From contig OY969811.1 in the NCBI GenBank assembly GCA_963703315.1, forward strand, positions 2,208,001 to 2,272,000: a stretch of DNA of 64,000 nt, read 5' to 3'. Source of the DNA: an uncultured cyanobacterium. Its GTDB lineage: Bacteria; Cyanobacteriota; Cyanobacteriia; Pseudanabaenales; Pseudanabaenaceae. Below the pieces are notes generated by a model. That model was not told where the DNA came from. It ran no database searches and saw only the letters and a list, made by a program, of their open reading frames with translations. Within the stretch, counting starts at the first letter, position 1. Each line of letters begins with the position of its first letter. Made by a program: the position numbers and the translations under genes. Shown here one piece after another: positions 26,651-37,188 of the stretch.

Positions 26651-26890
26651 TTAAGCAGCTTGTTTGCTATCAATGTAATCAACAGCATTCTGAACAGTGG
26701 CAATCTTTTCTGCCTCTTCGTCAGGGATTTCAACGCCGAATTTTTCTTCCAGAGCCATAACTAATTCGACGGTATCGAGAGAGTCAGCGCCAAGGTCGTT
26801 CGCAAAGCTAGCTTCAGGCTTAACTTCGGCTTTATCAACGCCTAATTGGGATGCAACGATGTCTTGAACTTGCTCAAAGGTACTACTCAT
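26651..26890 (-). CDS. acpP: Acyl carrier protein
   Basis: [20 protein letters not shown]; lies upstream of fabF. Confidence 0.98.
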   Translation of the reverse strand: MSSTFEQVQDIVASQLGVDKAEVKPEASFANDLGADSLDTVELVMALEEKFGVEIPDEEAEKIATVQNAVDYIDSKQAA

Positions 26891-27090
26891 TTACTTATAC
26901 TCTGCTTACAACCGATAAAACTTTTTAGCGTTTTTAATTTTATCGGATAAAGGTAGCTGTATATACACGATCGCTAAGTATCCTGTATAAAAATCAATTT
27001 TTTGCCAATTTTTTAGATCTACGATTAAGTCACAAATTGCCTTATTTATTTTGATGGCGCGGCGAAGCCGCGCCATCAAAAATCGGTTTT

Positions 27091-27966
27091 TTATTTTATG
27101 GCAAAGTCCTTACTGGTTTTAATTTGCCTAATTAAAAATAGTCCTGCAACCGAATTGCCGATCGCATCAAGGGCAGGGCTGTAGCAGGCGATCGCTGCTT
27201 GATTGGGGATGATTGATAGTAATGCGCCACTGACGCTAGATTTTGAGGGTAAGCCAATATCGTGGGCAAATGCCGCAGAAGCACCATACATTCCACATTG
27301 GGTCATGATATCTAAAACAATTTGAATATGGGGTGATCGCACTGGCTCTAGTTTTGGATCAATTAACAAAGTGCCAAGTTTTGCCAAATCCTGCACATTA
27401 CCCCGCAAACAACAGATTTCTTCATAAACAGCAAGGGCTTGACGAGGATAAGCAATAATTCCTAAGGAATTTAGCTGCTCCGCGATCGCTAAATTCCGAC
27501 GATTAGGCACGGATCGCACAGAATTGAGCATTTCCAGATCGAGTGTCAAATTTGCGCCCGATCGCTGATTTAGCCAGTTTTGTAAAATTTCATAGGATGG
27601 CAATAATGAGCAAAGCGCGATCGCCCCACTATTAATCATTGGATTTTTCGGCTTACTATGCGGAATTTCGTTAAATGCGTCCGATGTTGGTTGGCGATCG
27701 ACAATTGCCAACACAGGAGCAAGACCCTGTGTTTCCAGTAAATACAACAGCAAAAATGGCTTAATCACGCTCATTAATGGAAAATTTTGGTTAATATCAC
27801 CTGCGGCTATTTGCTCACCCTGATCGTTATTGAAGTATCGGTGAATCGCGATCGCCATCAGATCTGGATTAGCTTCAGCCAATAGGGGAATATAAAGCGG
27901 TAATTCTCCTTTACGTGACTCTTTTTTCGCTAATTGTAGCCATCTTTGCAAATTGTTTTTGAACAT
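27091..27966 (-). CDS. glsA: Glutaminase
   Basis: YIPLLAEA, FPLMSVIKPF (SxxK), PKNPMINSGAI, CGMYGAS, GLPSKSSVSG, SPALDAIGNSVAG. Start placed at MFKNN. Confidence 0.88.
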   Translation of the reverse strand: MFKNNLQRWLQLAKKESRKGELPLYIPLLAEANPDLMAIAIHRYFNNDQGEQIAAGDINQNFPLMSVIKPFLLLYLLETQGLAPVLAIVDRQPTSDAFNEIPHSKPKNPMINSGAIALCSLLPSYEILQNWLNQRSGANLTLDLEMLNSVRSVPNRRNLAIAEQLNSLGIIAYPRQALAVYEEICCLRGNVQDLAKLGTLLIDPKLEPVRSPHIQIVLDIMTQCGMYGASAAFAHDIGLPSKSSVSGALLSIIPNQAAIACYSPALDAIGNSVAGLFLIRQIKTSKDFAIK

Positions 27967-28234
27967 AAAAACTAGCGATTTGCGATCGCCTAAACAACAA
28001 TATTTTTGTTTTAGTGACAGGTATGACAAGTCAAATTAAATTAGACAAAATCTAGGCAAAATATCGCAATTACCAATAAGACGCAAGAATTTAGATTAGG
28101 TCAATTCCTTACTCACTATACTTTCTATCAACTTGTTGAAAATATCCACTAAATATCCTCTTGATATTCCCTTTGACATATCAGAGTAACAAGTTTAACC
28201 TTATACATAGGTGTAAAAGAGGTTCATTTGCAGA

Positions 28235-29857
28235 ATGTTTAAGAGTACAAAATCGGTTGTTTCTTTAGGCTGTCTATCTTTTATCGCAACTTTGTCTTTA
28301 GCTCCCCAGCTAGCTCATTCAGGAACAACAGTACCGATCCTCGATAACGATCAGTACAAAGAAGTAAAGTCAGATCCCCTGATTCAAGCGCAAAATGTCA
28401 CCTCTGTATCACAACTCAGTGACGTGAAGCCAACCGATTGGGCTTTCACCGCTTTGCAATCCCTCGTTGAACGCTACGGCTGTATTGCAGGATACCCAGA
28501 CCGTACCTATCGTGGTAAACAAGCCACTAGCCGCTACGAATTTGCCGCAGGTTTAAATGCTTGCCTCGACAAAATTAATGAAATTATCTCCGCAGGGTTG
28601 GCTGATAAAGTTAGCAAAGAAGATTTAGCCACTCTGCAAAAACTCCAAGAAGAATTTGCGGCTGAACTGGCTACCCTACGTGGTCGTGTTGATGCCCTCG
28701 ATGCCAAGACTGCCAAACTCGAAGCACAACAGTTCTCAACTACTACCAAACTCAGTGGAGAAGCGATCTTCTCAGTAATCGGTGGTACTGGGGGACCGTC
28801 AGATGGGCGATCAAATGTGATCTTTGGCGATCGCGTTAGACTTGTCCTCAACACCAGCTTCACAGGTAAAGACCTATTGAGAACTCGACTGGAAGCTGGC
28901 AACATATTTACTGGCACTTCTGGTGTTTCCACTGTGCTTGGAACCAATACCGCCAGAGTTGGTTACACTTCTGGAGCCGAGGCTACTCCAAATACTGCCT
29001 TGCTAAATCTTTTATTCTACAGATTTCCCGTCGGTGACAAGGCAAATATCTTTGTGGGACCTGTGGCTGCCCCCGACGATTTCTTCACACAAATTAGTCC
29101 CTTTGCATCAAGTGGACAGGGTTCTATTTCTAGATTTGGGCGCTTTGATCCCTTCTATCGTATTGGTAGTACAAGTTCTCTATTTGGGATTGATTACAAA
29201 TTTGATGACAAGGTAAATCTGCAAATTGGCTATAGTGGTGGCACTGGTAATGGTACTGCTAGTGCTGCCTCAACTACTACTGGACTGTTTGGTGGAACTA
29301 ATTCGATCGCCGCTCAATTGGTATTCAAGATTAGTAACAATCTCGATACATCGATCGCTTACGCCAGAAGCTACCTATCCAGTAACTCCCTGAACACTTC
29401 ACTAACAAGCACTGAGTCTATAAACAGCAGTTCCATTACAGGTATCACTACTGATTTGATATCTGGCAACCTCGTTTGGAGAATTACTCCTTCTGTAACT
29501 TTCAACACATCAGGAACATTTATTTTTGCTAATAGCGTTAACTCTAATGCAGGTACTACCTTTACGAGTTGGCTAGCAGGTTTAAGTTTTAATAATCTAT
29601 TTAGTGAAGGTAGCACTGGCGGAATCATCTTTGGACAACCACTCAAGAGAAATTCCGTGAGTGGAACTGCTACCGTTGGCACTAATACTGGTAGACCAAT
29701 TGACACAACTCCCTATCACTTGGAGCTTTTCTATCGCTATCAACTGACTAAGAATATCAGCATCACCCCTGGTGTTTTCTGGATCTTTAATCCTGAAGGT
29801 GCTAGTGCTAACCCCACTGCCACTGTTGGTCTAATTCGCACCACATTTTCTTTCTAG
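28235..29857 (+). CDS. SLH-domain cyanobacterial outer-membrane porin (iron-uptake/OprB-type)
   Basis: VTSVSQLSDVKPTDWAFTALQSLVERYGCIAGYPD, QFSTTTKL.GE, LNTSFTGKDLL, C-terminal RTTFSF. Confidence 0.93.
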   Translation: MFKSTKSVVSLGCLSFIATLSLAPQLAHSGTTVPILDNDQYKEVKSDPLIQAQNVTSVSQLSDVKPTDWAFTALQSLVERYGCIAGYPDRTYRGKQATSRYEFAAGLNACLDKINEIISAGLADKVSKEDLATLQKLQEEFAAELATLRGRVDALDAKTAKLEAQQFSTTTKLSGEAIFSVIGGTGGPSDGRSNVIFGDRVRLVLNTSFTGKDLLRTRLEAGNIFTGTSGVSTVLGTNTARVGYTSGAEATPNTALLNLLFYRFPVGDKANIFVGPVAAPDDFFTQISPFASSGQGSISRFGRFDPFYRIGSTSSLFGIDYKFDDKVNLQIGYSGGTGNGTASAASTTTGLFGGTNSIAAQLVFKISNNLDTSIAYARSYLSSNSLNTSLTSTESINSSSITGITTDLISGNLVWRITPSVTFNTSGTFIFANSVNSNAGTTFTSWLAGLSFNNLFSEGSTGGIIFGQPLKRNSVSGTATVGTNTGRPIDTTPYHLELFYRYQLTKNISITPGVFWIFNPEGASANPTATVGLIRTTFSF

Positions 29858-29898
29858 ATAAACTGCCCCTGAGAAAGTCATACTTCTATGACTTTCTT

Positions 29899-29975
29899 AC
29901 AGAGCTTTTCAAGCAAGTTACCAAGGATTGTTTTCCCGCCGAAGGCGGGAAAACAATCCTCTACTTCACTAGATG
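29899..29975. mobile_element. Second copy of the GCCGAAGG-loop MITE-like family
   Basis: GCTTTTCAAGCAAG...AGGATTGTTTTCCCGCC-GAA-GGCGGGAAAACAATCCT...TACTTCACTAG. Confidence 0.65.
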
Positions 29976-30023
29976 TTAGTATTTTTCTCAGTTCTTGTAC
30001 CCAATTCCTAAGCAGCGAATCTT

Positions 30024-31040
30024 ATGTTCACATTAGATAATCCTCTCGTCATGCTATACGCAAGATTAATTGGATGGACTCTATTAGGATATGTCTTAGG
30101 AAAACTGCTACCCAAGATTTTTACAACTTATCTTGGCAAAGCTTTACTATTTGTGGGGGTTCCTATCAGTATTGTTTCGTTTTTACGACAAGCTGATCTA
30201 TCAGGCTGGATTATTATTGCACCAACAACCGCATGGATTGCCATTATGGTTGGTGCGGGCTTGGCTTGGATCTGGATTGATTTAGGCTTAAGCGACGAAA
30301 AATTTAAATCTCTATCGAGAGGAATTTCCTACGGAGATAGACCTACTGATTCAAATTCAAGTGCTGTCATTCATGAAGAGAGTGCTTGGTCGGGACCAAC
30401 TCAAGGTAGTTTTTTGCTGGCTATGACTCTAGGCAACACTGCCTTTATGGGATACCCCGTTAGTTTGGCGTTAGTTGAACCTCAATATTTCGCTTGGTCA
30501 TTATTTTATGACCTAATTGGCTCAACGATCGCTTCTTATTCAGTGGGTATTGCCCTTGCAAGCCATTATGGCAGGACTTCCAATAATCAAAAGCGTCCCA
30601 ATCCATTTATATCTATGGCAAAGACTCCTGCCCTGTGGAGCTTGCCCATTGGTCTAATTATGAAATTTATTCCCCTGCCCACTTTCATTACCACTAGCAT
30701 GAGTAACCTTGCATGGACAACCGTTACCCTATCTTTGGTGATGATTGGAATGCAACTAAGCCAACTGCGATCGCTGGGAAATATCAAAAAGGCTTTGACT
30801 TGTCTTTCCATCAAGATGCTGCTGACACCGCTAGTTGTTGGTACAGGATTGATGTTTTTTGGGATTACTGGTGGGCCACGTATGGCTCTGGTGCTGCAAA
30901 TGGCAATGCCTCCAGCTTTCTCCACTCTCGTTATTGCTCAAGCTTACGATCTTGACCGTGATTTAACTGTTACAACCTTAGCTTTTGGTGTAGTTATTCT
31001 ATTGTTCACCATACCTATTTGGTTATGGTTATTCTCTTAA
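30024..31040 (+). CDS. AEC (auxin efflux carrier) family transporter
   Basis: Multi-TM protein with GNTAFMGYPV, IKMLLTPL, VLQMAMPPAFSTLVIAQAYDLD. Confidence 0.88.
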   Translation: MFTLDNPLVMLYARLIGWTLLGYVLGKLLPKIFTTYLGKALLFVGVPISIVSFLRQADLSGWIIIAPTTAWIAIMVGAGLAWIWIDLGLSDEKFKSLSRGISYGDRPTDSNSSAVIHEESAWSGPTQGSFLLAMTLGNTAFMGYPVSLALVEPQYFAWSLFYDLIGSTIASYSVGIALASHYGRTSNNQKRPNPFISMAKTPALWSLPIGLIMKFIPLPTFITTSMSNLAWTTVTLSLVMIGMQLSQLRSLGNIKKALTCLSIKMLLTPLVVGTGLMFFGITGGPRMALVLQMAMPPAFSTLVIAQAYDLDRDLTVTTLAFGVVILLFTIPIWLWLFS

Positions 31041-31047
31041 TATTCCT

Positions 31048-31181
31048 ATAGCAATGCAAGTTTTGCTTAAGGCATAAAACCCAAGAAGTGAATTGCGGCG
31101 CTTCGCGCCGCAATTCACTTCTTGGGTTTTGAATTATTAAGTAGGTGGACAAAAGAAGCCGTGCAATGCACGGCTTCTTTT
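31048..31181. repeat. ATAGCAA-family element plus a second hairpin between convergent genes
   Basis: AAAACCCAAGAAGTGAATTGCGGCGC-TTC-GCGCCGCAATTCACTTCTTGGGTTTT, then AAAAGAAGCCGTGC-AAT-GCACGGCTTCTTTT. Confidence 0.75.
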
Positions 31182-31183
31182 GG

Positions 31184-32191
31184 TTAGATATAAAATTGTG
31201 AGACACTTTGAATTACATCAAAATACCTATTTACTGAATTCTCATTATCAAAATAAGCAAAAATATAAAGATTGTCTCCAACAAGCTTGATCCCCTCTTT
31301 AATAAATACAGAAGAAAATGTCGTGCAATTATGAACTTCTGGTCCAGTATCTTTTTCCTCTAGAGAATACAAGCCTTTCAAAACACCATTGCTGCAAGCA
31401 TACTCAAGTTTAGCGATGATGTCATCTTGGTTAGTAACATTTTGCAGCTTAAACCTAAAGTCAATAGTAGAGACTCCATCGTAGGGAATAATTGTGTAAT
31501 TGACAGCAAAATTCTGTTCGTTTAAAAATGAAAGCAATCTTAATCCTGCTTTTTCCAGAGTGCAAGTCTGCCGTTTTAAAGTGTTAAATTCTGGCAGTTT
31601 ATAGCTTTGGATATTATGTACTACATTTACATCACTATCTATAATTCCAAAAGTGTTGTGAATGAAATTTGCGAATGGCACATAGGCATTCACAGTACAG
31701 GAGCCATAGGAAATAATACTTAATTCCTTGCTAAATTCTTTCTCATTAAAGCCATAAACAATTGTCTTGTCTGCATTAACAGATGTGGCGGATATAACCA
31801 CTAGTTTTGTATTGCCAGTGATATAGGATTCACAGCAATCCCTTCTCTGGGCGTACTTTCCTGAACATTCTAAAATGATTTCAGGAACACCAAGCCAAGA
31901 CATCTGCATTGTGCTGCCAGATGTGTATTCTATTGTAATTTTCTTGCCATTAGGAGTCAGAAATAGCAAGTGATTCCCACTTAAGGAAACTTGATATTGA
32001 TCAAATAAAACTGCTCTATCAGCATGAATAATTTCAAAGGCTTGATCAATGTTGAGATAATCATCATTGATGTATGTAATCACAAAATCGGAATCATCGT
32101 AACGATCTAGCCAATACTTGAGTAAGTGTAAGCCAAATCTACCAAAACCGTTCATACCTGTAACGATTTTCTTTTGTGCTTTATCTAACAT
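31184..32191 (-). CDS. Divergent glyceraldehyde-3-phosphate dehydrogenase-like protein
   Basis: Rossmann motif GMNGFGRFG; ILECSG; VVISA; YGSCTVN (catalytic Cys); VVH; VSTIDF; YFDNE. Confidence 0.8.
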   Translation of the reverse strand: MLDKAQKKIVTGMNGFGRFGLHLLKYWLDRYDDSDFVITYINDDYLNIDQAFEIIHADRAVLFDQYQVSLSGNHLLFLTPNGKKITIEYTSGSTMQMSWLGVPEIILECSGKYAQRRDCCESYITGNTKLVVISATSVNADKTIVYGFNEKEFSKELSIISYGSCTVNAYVPFANFIHNTFGIIDSDVNVVHNIQSYKLPEFNTLKRQTCTLEKAGLRLLSFLNEQNFAVNYTIIPYDGVSTIDFRFKLQNVTNQDDIIAKLEYACSNGVLKGLYSLEEKDTGPEVHNCTTFSSVFIKEGIKLVGDNLYIFAYFDNENSVNRYFDVIQSVSQFYI

Positions 32192-32473
32192 TAAGATCTA
32201 TAGCGTATTTTTCCCTTTACCTAAATTCTACAACAATTTTTTGCTTTATACACTTCAGCTAGATTAGAGGATACTAAGAAGCTTGAAAAATATCATTGAT
32301 TAATGGTATTCAGCATTTTGTTGTATTTTATATTTCGGCATCCTTCTGTAAGAATTTAATAATGTTTTCTCTGAATTATAAAATTGGCGATCGCTCCGTA
32401 AAACATTTGCCAAAAAGCACTTAGCGTGTTTTTATAACCCTATAATCAGGATGTTCGATTTTGCATATTCACT

Positions 32474-32578
32474 TACAGCGCTTTGCGCTTAAACCCAAAC
32501 CAAGAAATTTTTTGAAAGTGTTGCTTTGCAACACTTTCAAAAAATTTCTTGTGGTTCGTTTGATCGGCAATGGCTGTA
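32474..32578. mobile_element. MITE-like element with TACAGC...GCTGTA ends and a central hairpin
   Basis: Core CAAGAAATTTTTTGAAAGTGTTGC-TTT-GCAACACTTTCAAAAAATTTCTTG. Confidence 0.6.
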
Positions 32579-32621
32579 AGTTTGATCGTATTCACCTAGC
32601 TTGATTTCGTGCCAAGAATCT

Positions 32622-33992
32622 ATGCGCCGTCGTAAATTTAATCAGTTATCCCTGTTTTTAGCAAGTTTGGGTCTATCAGCTTGTAGCAATTCCTCGGCTT
32701 TATACAGTCGGAAACAAGAAAAAAGTTCCAAGTTTAGACTCTGGTGGATTCAGAGCTATTATCCTGCGGAAACTGAAGCAATTTCGCAGATTGTTGCCGA
32801 GTGGGAACAGGCAAACAATATTAAGGTAGAAATCACCTTTTATAATGACGGCGCAATTAATCGGGATGCGGAAAATGCACTCAATAATGGTAGCCCTCCC
32901 GATATCTTGTTTAGCAATACCGCAGAATTTTCTCTTTTTCCGAGATTAGCATGGGAGAACAAACTGGCTGATATTTCTGATGTGATGCAGCCCGTCAAAG
33001 ATTTGTTTGCTCCCAGTGCTTTGCAAGCCGTGTCATACAAAAATGGTACGACCAATAAGCGCAGTTACTATGCCGCACCGATTGTCGAATCTACGGTTAG
33101 CATTCACTATTGGCGAGATTTACTTGCCGAAGTGGGGTTAAGCGATACCAATATACCTAAGGATTGGGATGGATTTTGGAAATTCTGGGAAATTGCTCAG
33201 GTTCGAGCCAGAAGTAAAGGCAAAAAAGAAATCTATGGTCTTGGATTACCCATGTCTCCTGAAGCCAACGATACGATTTCTACATTTGAGCAGTTTCTTG
33301 AGGCTTATGGCGTACAACTTCTTGATGAAAATGGTGCACTCAAACAAAACGATCCCAACGTTAGACAAGGGATTGTGAAAGCTTTGACTCAATATGCTGG
33401 TTTCTACAAGGATCAGTTTGTGCCTCCTAAAGCTGTGGAATGGACAAGTGCTGATAACAACCAAGTGTTTCTCAGCCGCAATGCATTTATGACCACTAAT
33501 CCTGGGCTATCTATTCCTGTTGCTCAAAAGTTTGATGCAGAAGTATATAACAAAAAGCTAGTTACAATGGAATGGCCAAATTCTCCTAGTGGCAAGCCTC
33601 TCAATAATCTAGTTGCAGTGAAGCAAGCGGTTATTTTTGCTGATTCTCCCAATCAAGCTACAGCCAAAAGCCTCTTGTCACATATTATTAAACCAACTAA
33701 TTTATTGGCATATCTCAAAGGTGCAGGAGGTCGGTATTTGCCTACTATGCCGCAGTTGTTAGAAGATCCTTACTACAAAGACTCTCAAGATCCTCATGTT
33801 TTGAGTGTAATTAAGCAGTTTCAAAATACTCAGTCCTTTTATACATCTAAAAACCCTGCTCACTCTAATGTAGGCGCTCAACAGGTATGGGGTAAGGCTA
33901 TTAAATCAGTTGCTCAAGGATCTGCTTCACCTGAACAAGCTGCCGATAATGCGATCGCCCAGATCAAAGATATTTATACCCAGTGGAAATGA
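32622..33992 (+). CDS. Sugar-type ABC solute-binding lipoprotein (Tat-like signal)
   Basis: MRRRKF signal + LSAC lipobox; PPDILFS, IHYWRDLL, IPKDWDGFW, SPEQAADNAIAQIK. Start placed at the ATG at 32622. Confidence 0.85.
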   Translation: MRRRKFNQLSLFLASLGLSACSNSSALYSRKQEKSSKFRLWWIQSYYPAETEAISQIVAEWEQANNIKVEITFYNDGAINRDAENALNNGSPPDILFSNTAEFSLFPRLAWENKLADISDVMQPVKDLFAPSALQAVSYKNGTTNKRSYYAAPIVESTVSIHYWRDLLAEVGLSDTNIPKDWDGFWKFWEIAQVRARSKGKKEIYGLGLPMSPEANDTISTFEQFLEAYGVQLLDENGALKQNDPNVRQGIVKALTQYAGFYKDQFVPPKAVEWTSADNNQVFLSRNAFMTTNPGLSIPVAQKFDAEVYNKKLVTMEWPNSPSGKPLNNLVAVKQAVIFADSPNQATAKSLLSHIIKPTNLLAYLKGAGGRYLPTMPQLLEDPYYKDSQDPHVLSVIKQFQNTQSFYTSKNPAHSNVGAQQVWGKAIKSVAQGSASPEQAADNAIAQIKDIYTQWK

Positions 33993-34067
33993 GTAATTAG
34001 TTTTGATGGTTACCCTTGGACTGTGGAACTATCGCTACAAAAGACATAACAAAAATGAGAGTGCAAG

Positions 34068-37043
34068 ATGCTTAACCTGATCAAAAAACGTTTGCTGCTT
34101 CAACTTGTCGGCTACTTTTCAATATTGTCGATTGTTACAGTTTTACTTGTAGCGATTAGTGCCAATGTTCGTAGTCGTGATGCTCTCAAGCGATCGGTAA
34201 TTGACCGATTGGGTGTGGCAACATCACTGAAAGAATATCAAGTAAATCAGTGGGTTGATAATCAGCGTCGTGATGTCATTTTCATGACGCAATTGCAAGA
34301 TATCATTAACAACTCGGAAATTGCTTTCACTAAAGATAAAGAATCTCCTGAATTTAAATCAGCGCTAGAATCGATCAGGAAATTTATGACAGATGTGTCT
34401 GCGGTAAAACCAAATATTCGGCAGATTTCTATCCTTAATAATAATGGAATTGTGATTGTTTCTACAAATAAAGAGAAGGAAGGAAAGTATCAATCTCTAG
34501 GTAATACAACTACCTACCTTACTCGTGACCAGTCACGGATCGCGATTCCTAATTTTTATATTTCGCCAATTACAGGTAAGGCGGCAATGACTTTTGCGGC
34601 AATTCTAGCCAATAAATCGGGTGCGGCTAATGGAGTTGTGGCTATTGATCTGGATCTCCAAGGTGTTGATGATATTATTCGAGAACGGACAGGGTTAGGT
34701 AATAGTGGCGAAACCTATTTAGTTGGGAGATTGCCATCCAAAAATATTCTGATTTCTGGCACAGGGGCTAATAGTAAAGAAGTAGAAAAGGGGATTAAGA
34801 GCGATAGTATTGCGGCGGCGGCTAGAGGTGAAGATGGCGAAGGTAATTATGACAGTTATAAAGGTGTGCCAGTCTTGGGCAGCTATGTATGGCTTGACAA
34901 CTTGAATCTAGCTTTAATTGCGGAAATGTCACAAGCAGAAGCCTTTGAGCCTGCCGATCGCCTTGCTCGCGATATTCTATTAATCGGATTGAGTTCCGCA
35001 GGTATTTTACTGACGGCTGTATATTTGATTGCGCGGCGTATTTCGCAACCAATTTTGGTGATTGCCGATGCGGCAAACCAAGTTTCTGCTGGCAATCTTA
35101 ACGCTCAAGCGGCTGTACTGACTGAAGATGAAATTGGGATTTTGGCGATCGCGTTTAATCAAATGACTGCCCAGCTCAAATCTTCAGGTGAACAGCTAGC
35201 AGATTATAGTCGGACTCTGGAACAGAAAGTCGAACAGCGCACCAGTGAAATCAAAGCGATTATCGATAATATGGTGGATGGCTTAGCCGTAGTCGATGCC
35301 GAAGATCGGATTACTCAATTTAACCCTGCGATCGCGGGCATGATTGGCGTGAGTAGTAAAGCGATCGCGGAATCTGAGAACTATAGCCAAATATTTAAGG
35401 CTGAGGAAATCACTAATCTCATCATCAATACTAGAGCCAATCCTAAACAGGTATTTAGTGAAGAGTTTTCCCTGCCTGATCGCCGCATTGGTAAAGCTGT
35501 TGCCACTTCTATTTTTAGAGAAAATGTATCAGAAGAAGTGCAAGTGGAAGAGAATTACTTAGGTACTGTAATTTTGATTCGGGATATCACGGCTGAAAAA
35601 GAAGTGGATCGCATGAAGACCGACTTTATCTCGACAGTATCCCATGAATTGCGAACACCATTGACCTCTGTACTTGGCTTTGCAAAACTGATTCAGAAAA
35701 AATTAGACGAATCAATTTTCCCATTAATTCAAACCGAAGATAAAAAGATTAAGCGAAGTATTCGTCAAGTTACGGAAAATATTGAAATTATTGTGTCTGA
35801 AGGTACACGTCTTACAAAACTGATTAATGAAGTTCTGGATGTCGCCAAAATTGAAGCTGGTAAAATGCAATGGAATATGCAGAATTTATCAATTATAGAA
35901 GTAATTGATCGAGCATTTTCAGCAACTTCAGCCCTTTTTGATCAGAAAAGTTTAACGCCTGTCCGAGAAATCCCTTCAGATTTGCCAAATATCGAAGGTG
36001 ACAAAGATCGCTTGATTCAAGTGGTAATTAATTTAATCTCGAATGCTGTGAAATTTACCGAAAAAGGCTCTGTTACCTGTCGAGTACAGCAACAGGATCA
36101 AACAATTGTGGTTAGCGTCATTGATCAAGGTGTAGGAATTTCCGAATCTGATCAACCCAAAGTATTTGAAAAATTTAAACAGGTTGGTGACACTTTAACG
36201 GATAAGCCTCAAGGCACGGGTTTAGGCTTGCCCATATCTAAGGAAATTATTGCTTATCATGGTGGTAAGATTTGGGTAGAGAGTGAACTTGGTAAAGGTA
36301 GTACTTTCTCCTTTTCGTTACCGATCGCCACTGAGAAAGATCTAATTCCTTCCATCAATTTCGACACCCTGATTGAACAACTCAAGAAGAAAGTATCCTC
36401 GGATCGACAAGCCGATAGTGCTACTCATAGTGATGCGCCCAAGAAGATTTTGGTAATTGATGATGATGCCAGTATTCGCAACTTACTCAAGCAAGAATTA
36501 GAGGCTAAGGGCTATATAGTTCAAGAGGCGGAAAACGGGCATGATGCGATCGCCAAAGTCCGTGAGAGTCGCCCTGATTTAATTACGCTTGATATCATTA
36601 TGCAGGGTATTGGTGGTTATGAAGTAGCGGCAATTCTCAAATCTGATCCTGCCACTTTAGATATTCCAATTATCATCGTATCTGTAATAGAAGATAAAAA
36701 ACAGGGCATACATTTGGGAGTCGATAGCTATGTCACTAAGCCTCTAGATATGGCTGTATTGATGCGCGAGGTAGAAATTCTGCTATCTCATAAAAATACT
36801 GGCACAGGTAAAAAGATTTTGATTGTTGATGATGATTTAATCTCAATCAATCTTTTAATGGAAATGCTCCAGAAACAAGGCTTCATTCCTTCAAACATCT
36901 CTAGTAAAGATGACTTAAAGACTAATGCGATCGCTGCTCAACCAGATGTGATCATTGCCAGTACCAAGCTCGCTGCGACAGTTCAATCTCTTCGTGCGGA
37001 GAGAGAATTGGGACACATTCGGTTCTTGCTGATTGTTGATTAA
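34068..37043 (+). CDS. Hybrid sensor kinase (Cache-HAMP-PAS-HisKA-HATPase-REC + degenerate REC)
   Basis: [51 protein letters not shown]. The final REC reads QPDVIIAS, without the phospho-Asp. Confidence 0.93.
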   Translation: MLNLIKKRLLLQLVGYFSILSIVTVLLVAISANVRSRDALKRSVIDRLGVATSLKEYQVNQWVDNQRRDVIFMTQLQDIINNSEIAFTKDKESPEFKSALESIRKFMTDVSAVKPNIRQISILNNNGIVIVSTNKEKEGKYQSLGNTTTYLTRDQSRIAIPNFYISPITGKAAMTFAAILANKSGAANGVVAIDLDLQGVDDIIRERTGLGNSGETYLVGRLPSKNILISGTGANSKEVEKGIKSDSIAAAARGEDGEGNYDSYKGVPVLGSYVWLDNLNLALIAEMSQAEAFEPADRLARDILLIGLSSAGILLTAVYLIARRISQPILVIADAANQVSAGNLNAQAAVLTEDEIGILAIAFNQMTAQLKSSGEQLADYSRTLEQKVEQRTSEIKAIIDNMVDGLAVVDAEDRITQFNPAIAGMIGVSSKAIAESENYSQIFKAEEITNLIINTRANPKQVFSEEFSLPDRRIGKAVATSIFRENVSEEVQVEENYLGTVILIRDITAEKEVDRMKTDFISTVSHELRTPLTSVLGFAKLIQKKLDESIFPLIQTEDKKIKRSIRQVTENIEIIVSEGTRLTKLINEVLDVAKIEAGKMQWNMQNLSIIEVIDRAFSATSALFDQKSLTPVREIPSDLPNIEGDKDRLIQVVINLISNAVKFTEKGSVTCRVQQQDQTIVVSVIDQGVGISESDQPKVFEKFKQVGDTLTDKPQGTGLGLPISKEIIAYHGGKIWVESELGKGSTFSFSLPIATEKDLIPSINFDTLIEQLKKKVSSDRQADSATHSDAPKKILVIDDDASIRNLLKQELEAKGYIVQEAENGHDAIAKVRESRPDLITLDIIMQGIGGYEVAAILKSDPATLDIPIIIVSVIEDKKQGIHLGVDSYVTKPLDMAVLMREVEILLSHKNTGTGKKILIVDDDLISINLLMEMLQKQGFIPSNISSKDDLKTNAIAAQPDVIIASTKLAATVQSLRAERELGHIRFLLIVD

Positions 37044-37057
37044 TATTGCTGTTAATA

Positions 37058-37140
37058 ACCCCTCCCTAGCCATCCCCTTGCAAAGAGGAGGGAACAATAT
37101 TTCTAGTTTTCCCCCTTTGCAAGGGGGAATTAAAGGGGGT
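37058..37140. repeat. C-rich/G-rich double-hairpin dispersed repeat
   Basis: ACCCCTCCCTAGCCATCCCCTTGCAAAGAGGAGGG...TTCCCCCTTTGCAAGGGGGAATTAAAGGGGGT lies between convergent genes. Confidence 0.65.
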
Positions 37141-37188
37141 TTTTAAAACTTGTTGTACATGGTACTCCTTTAGCGGGGAAACAATACT

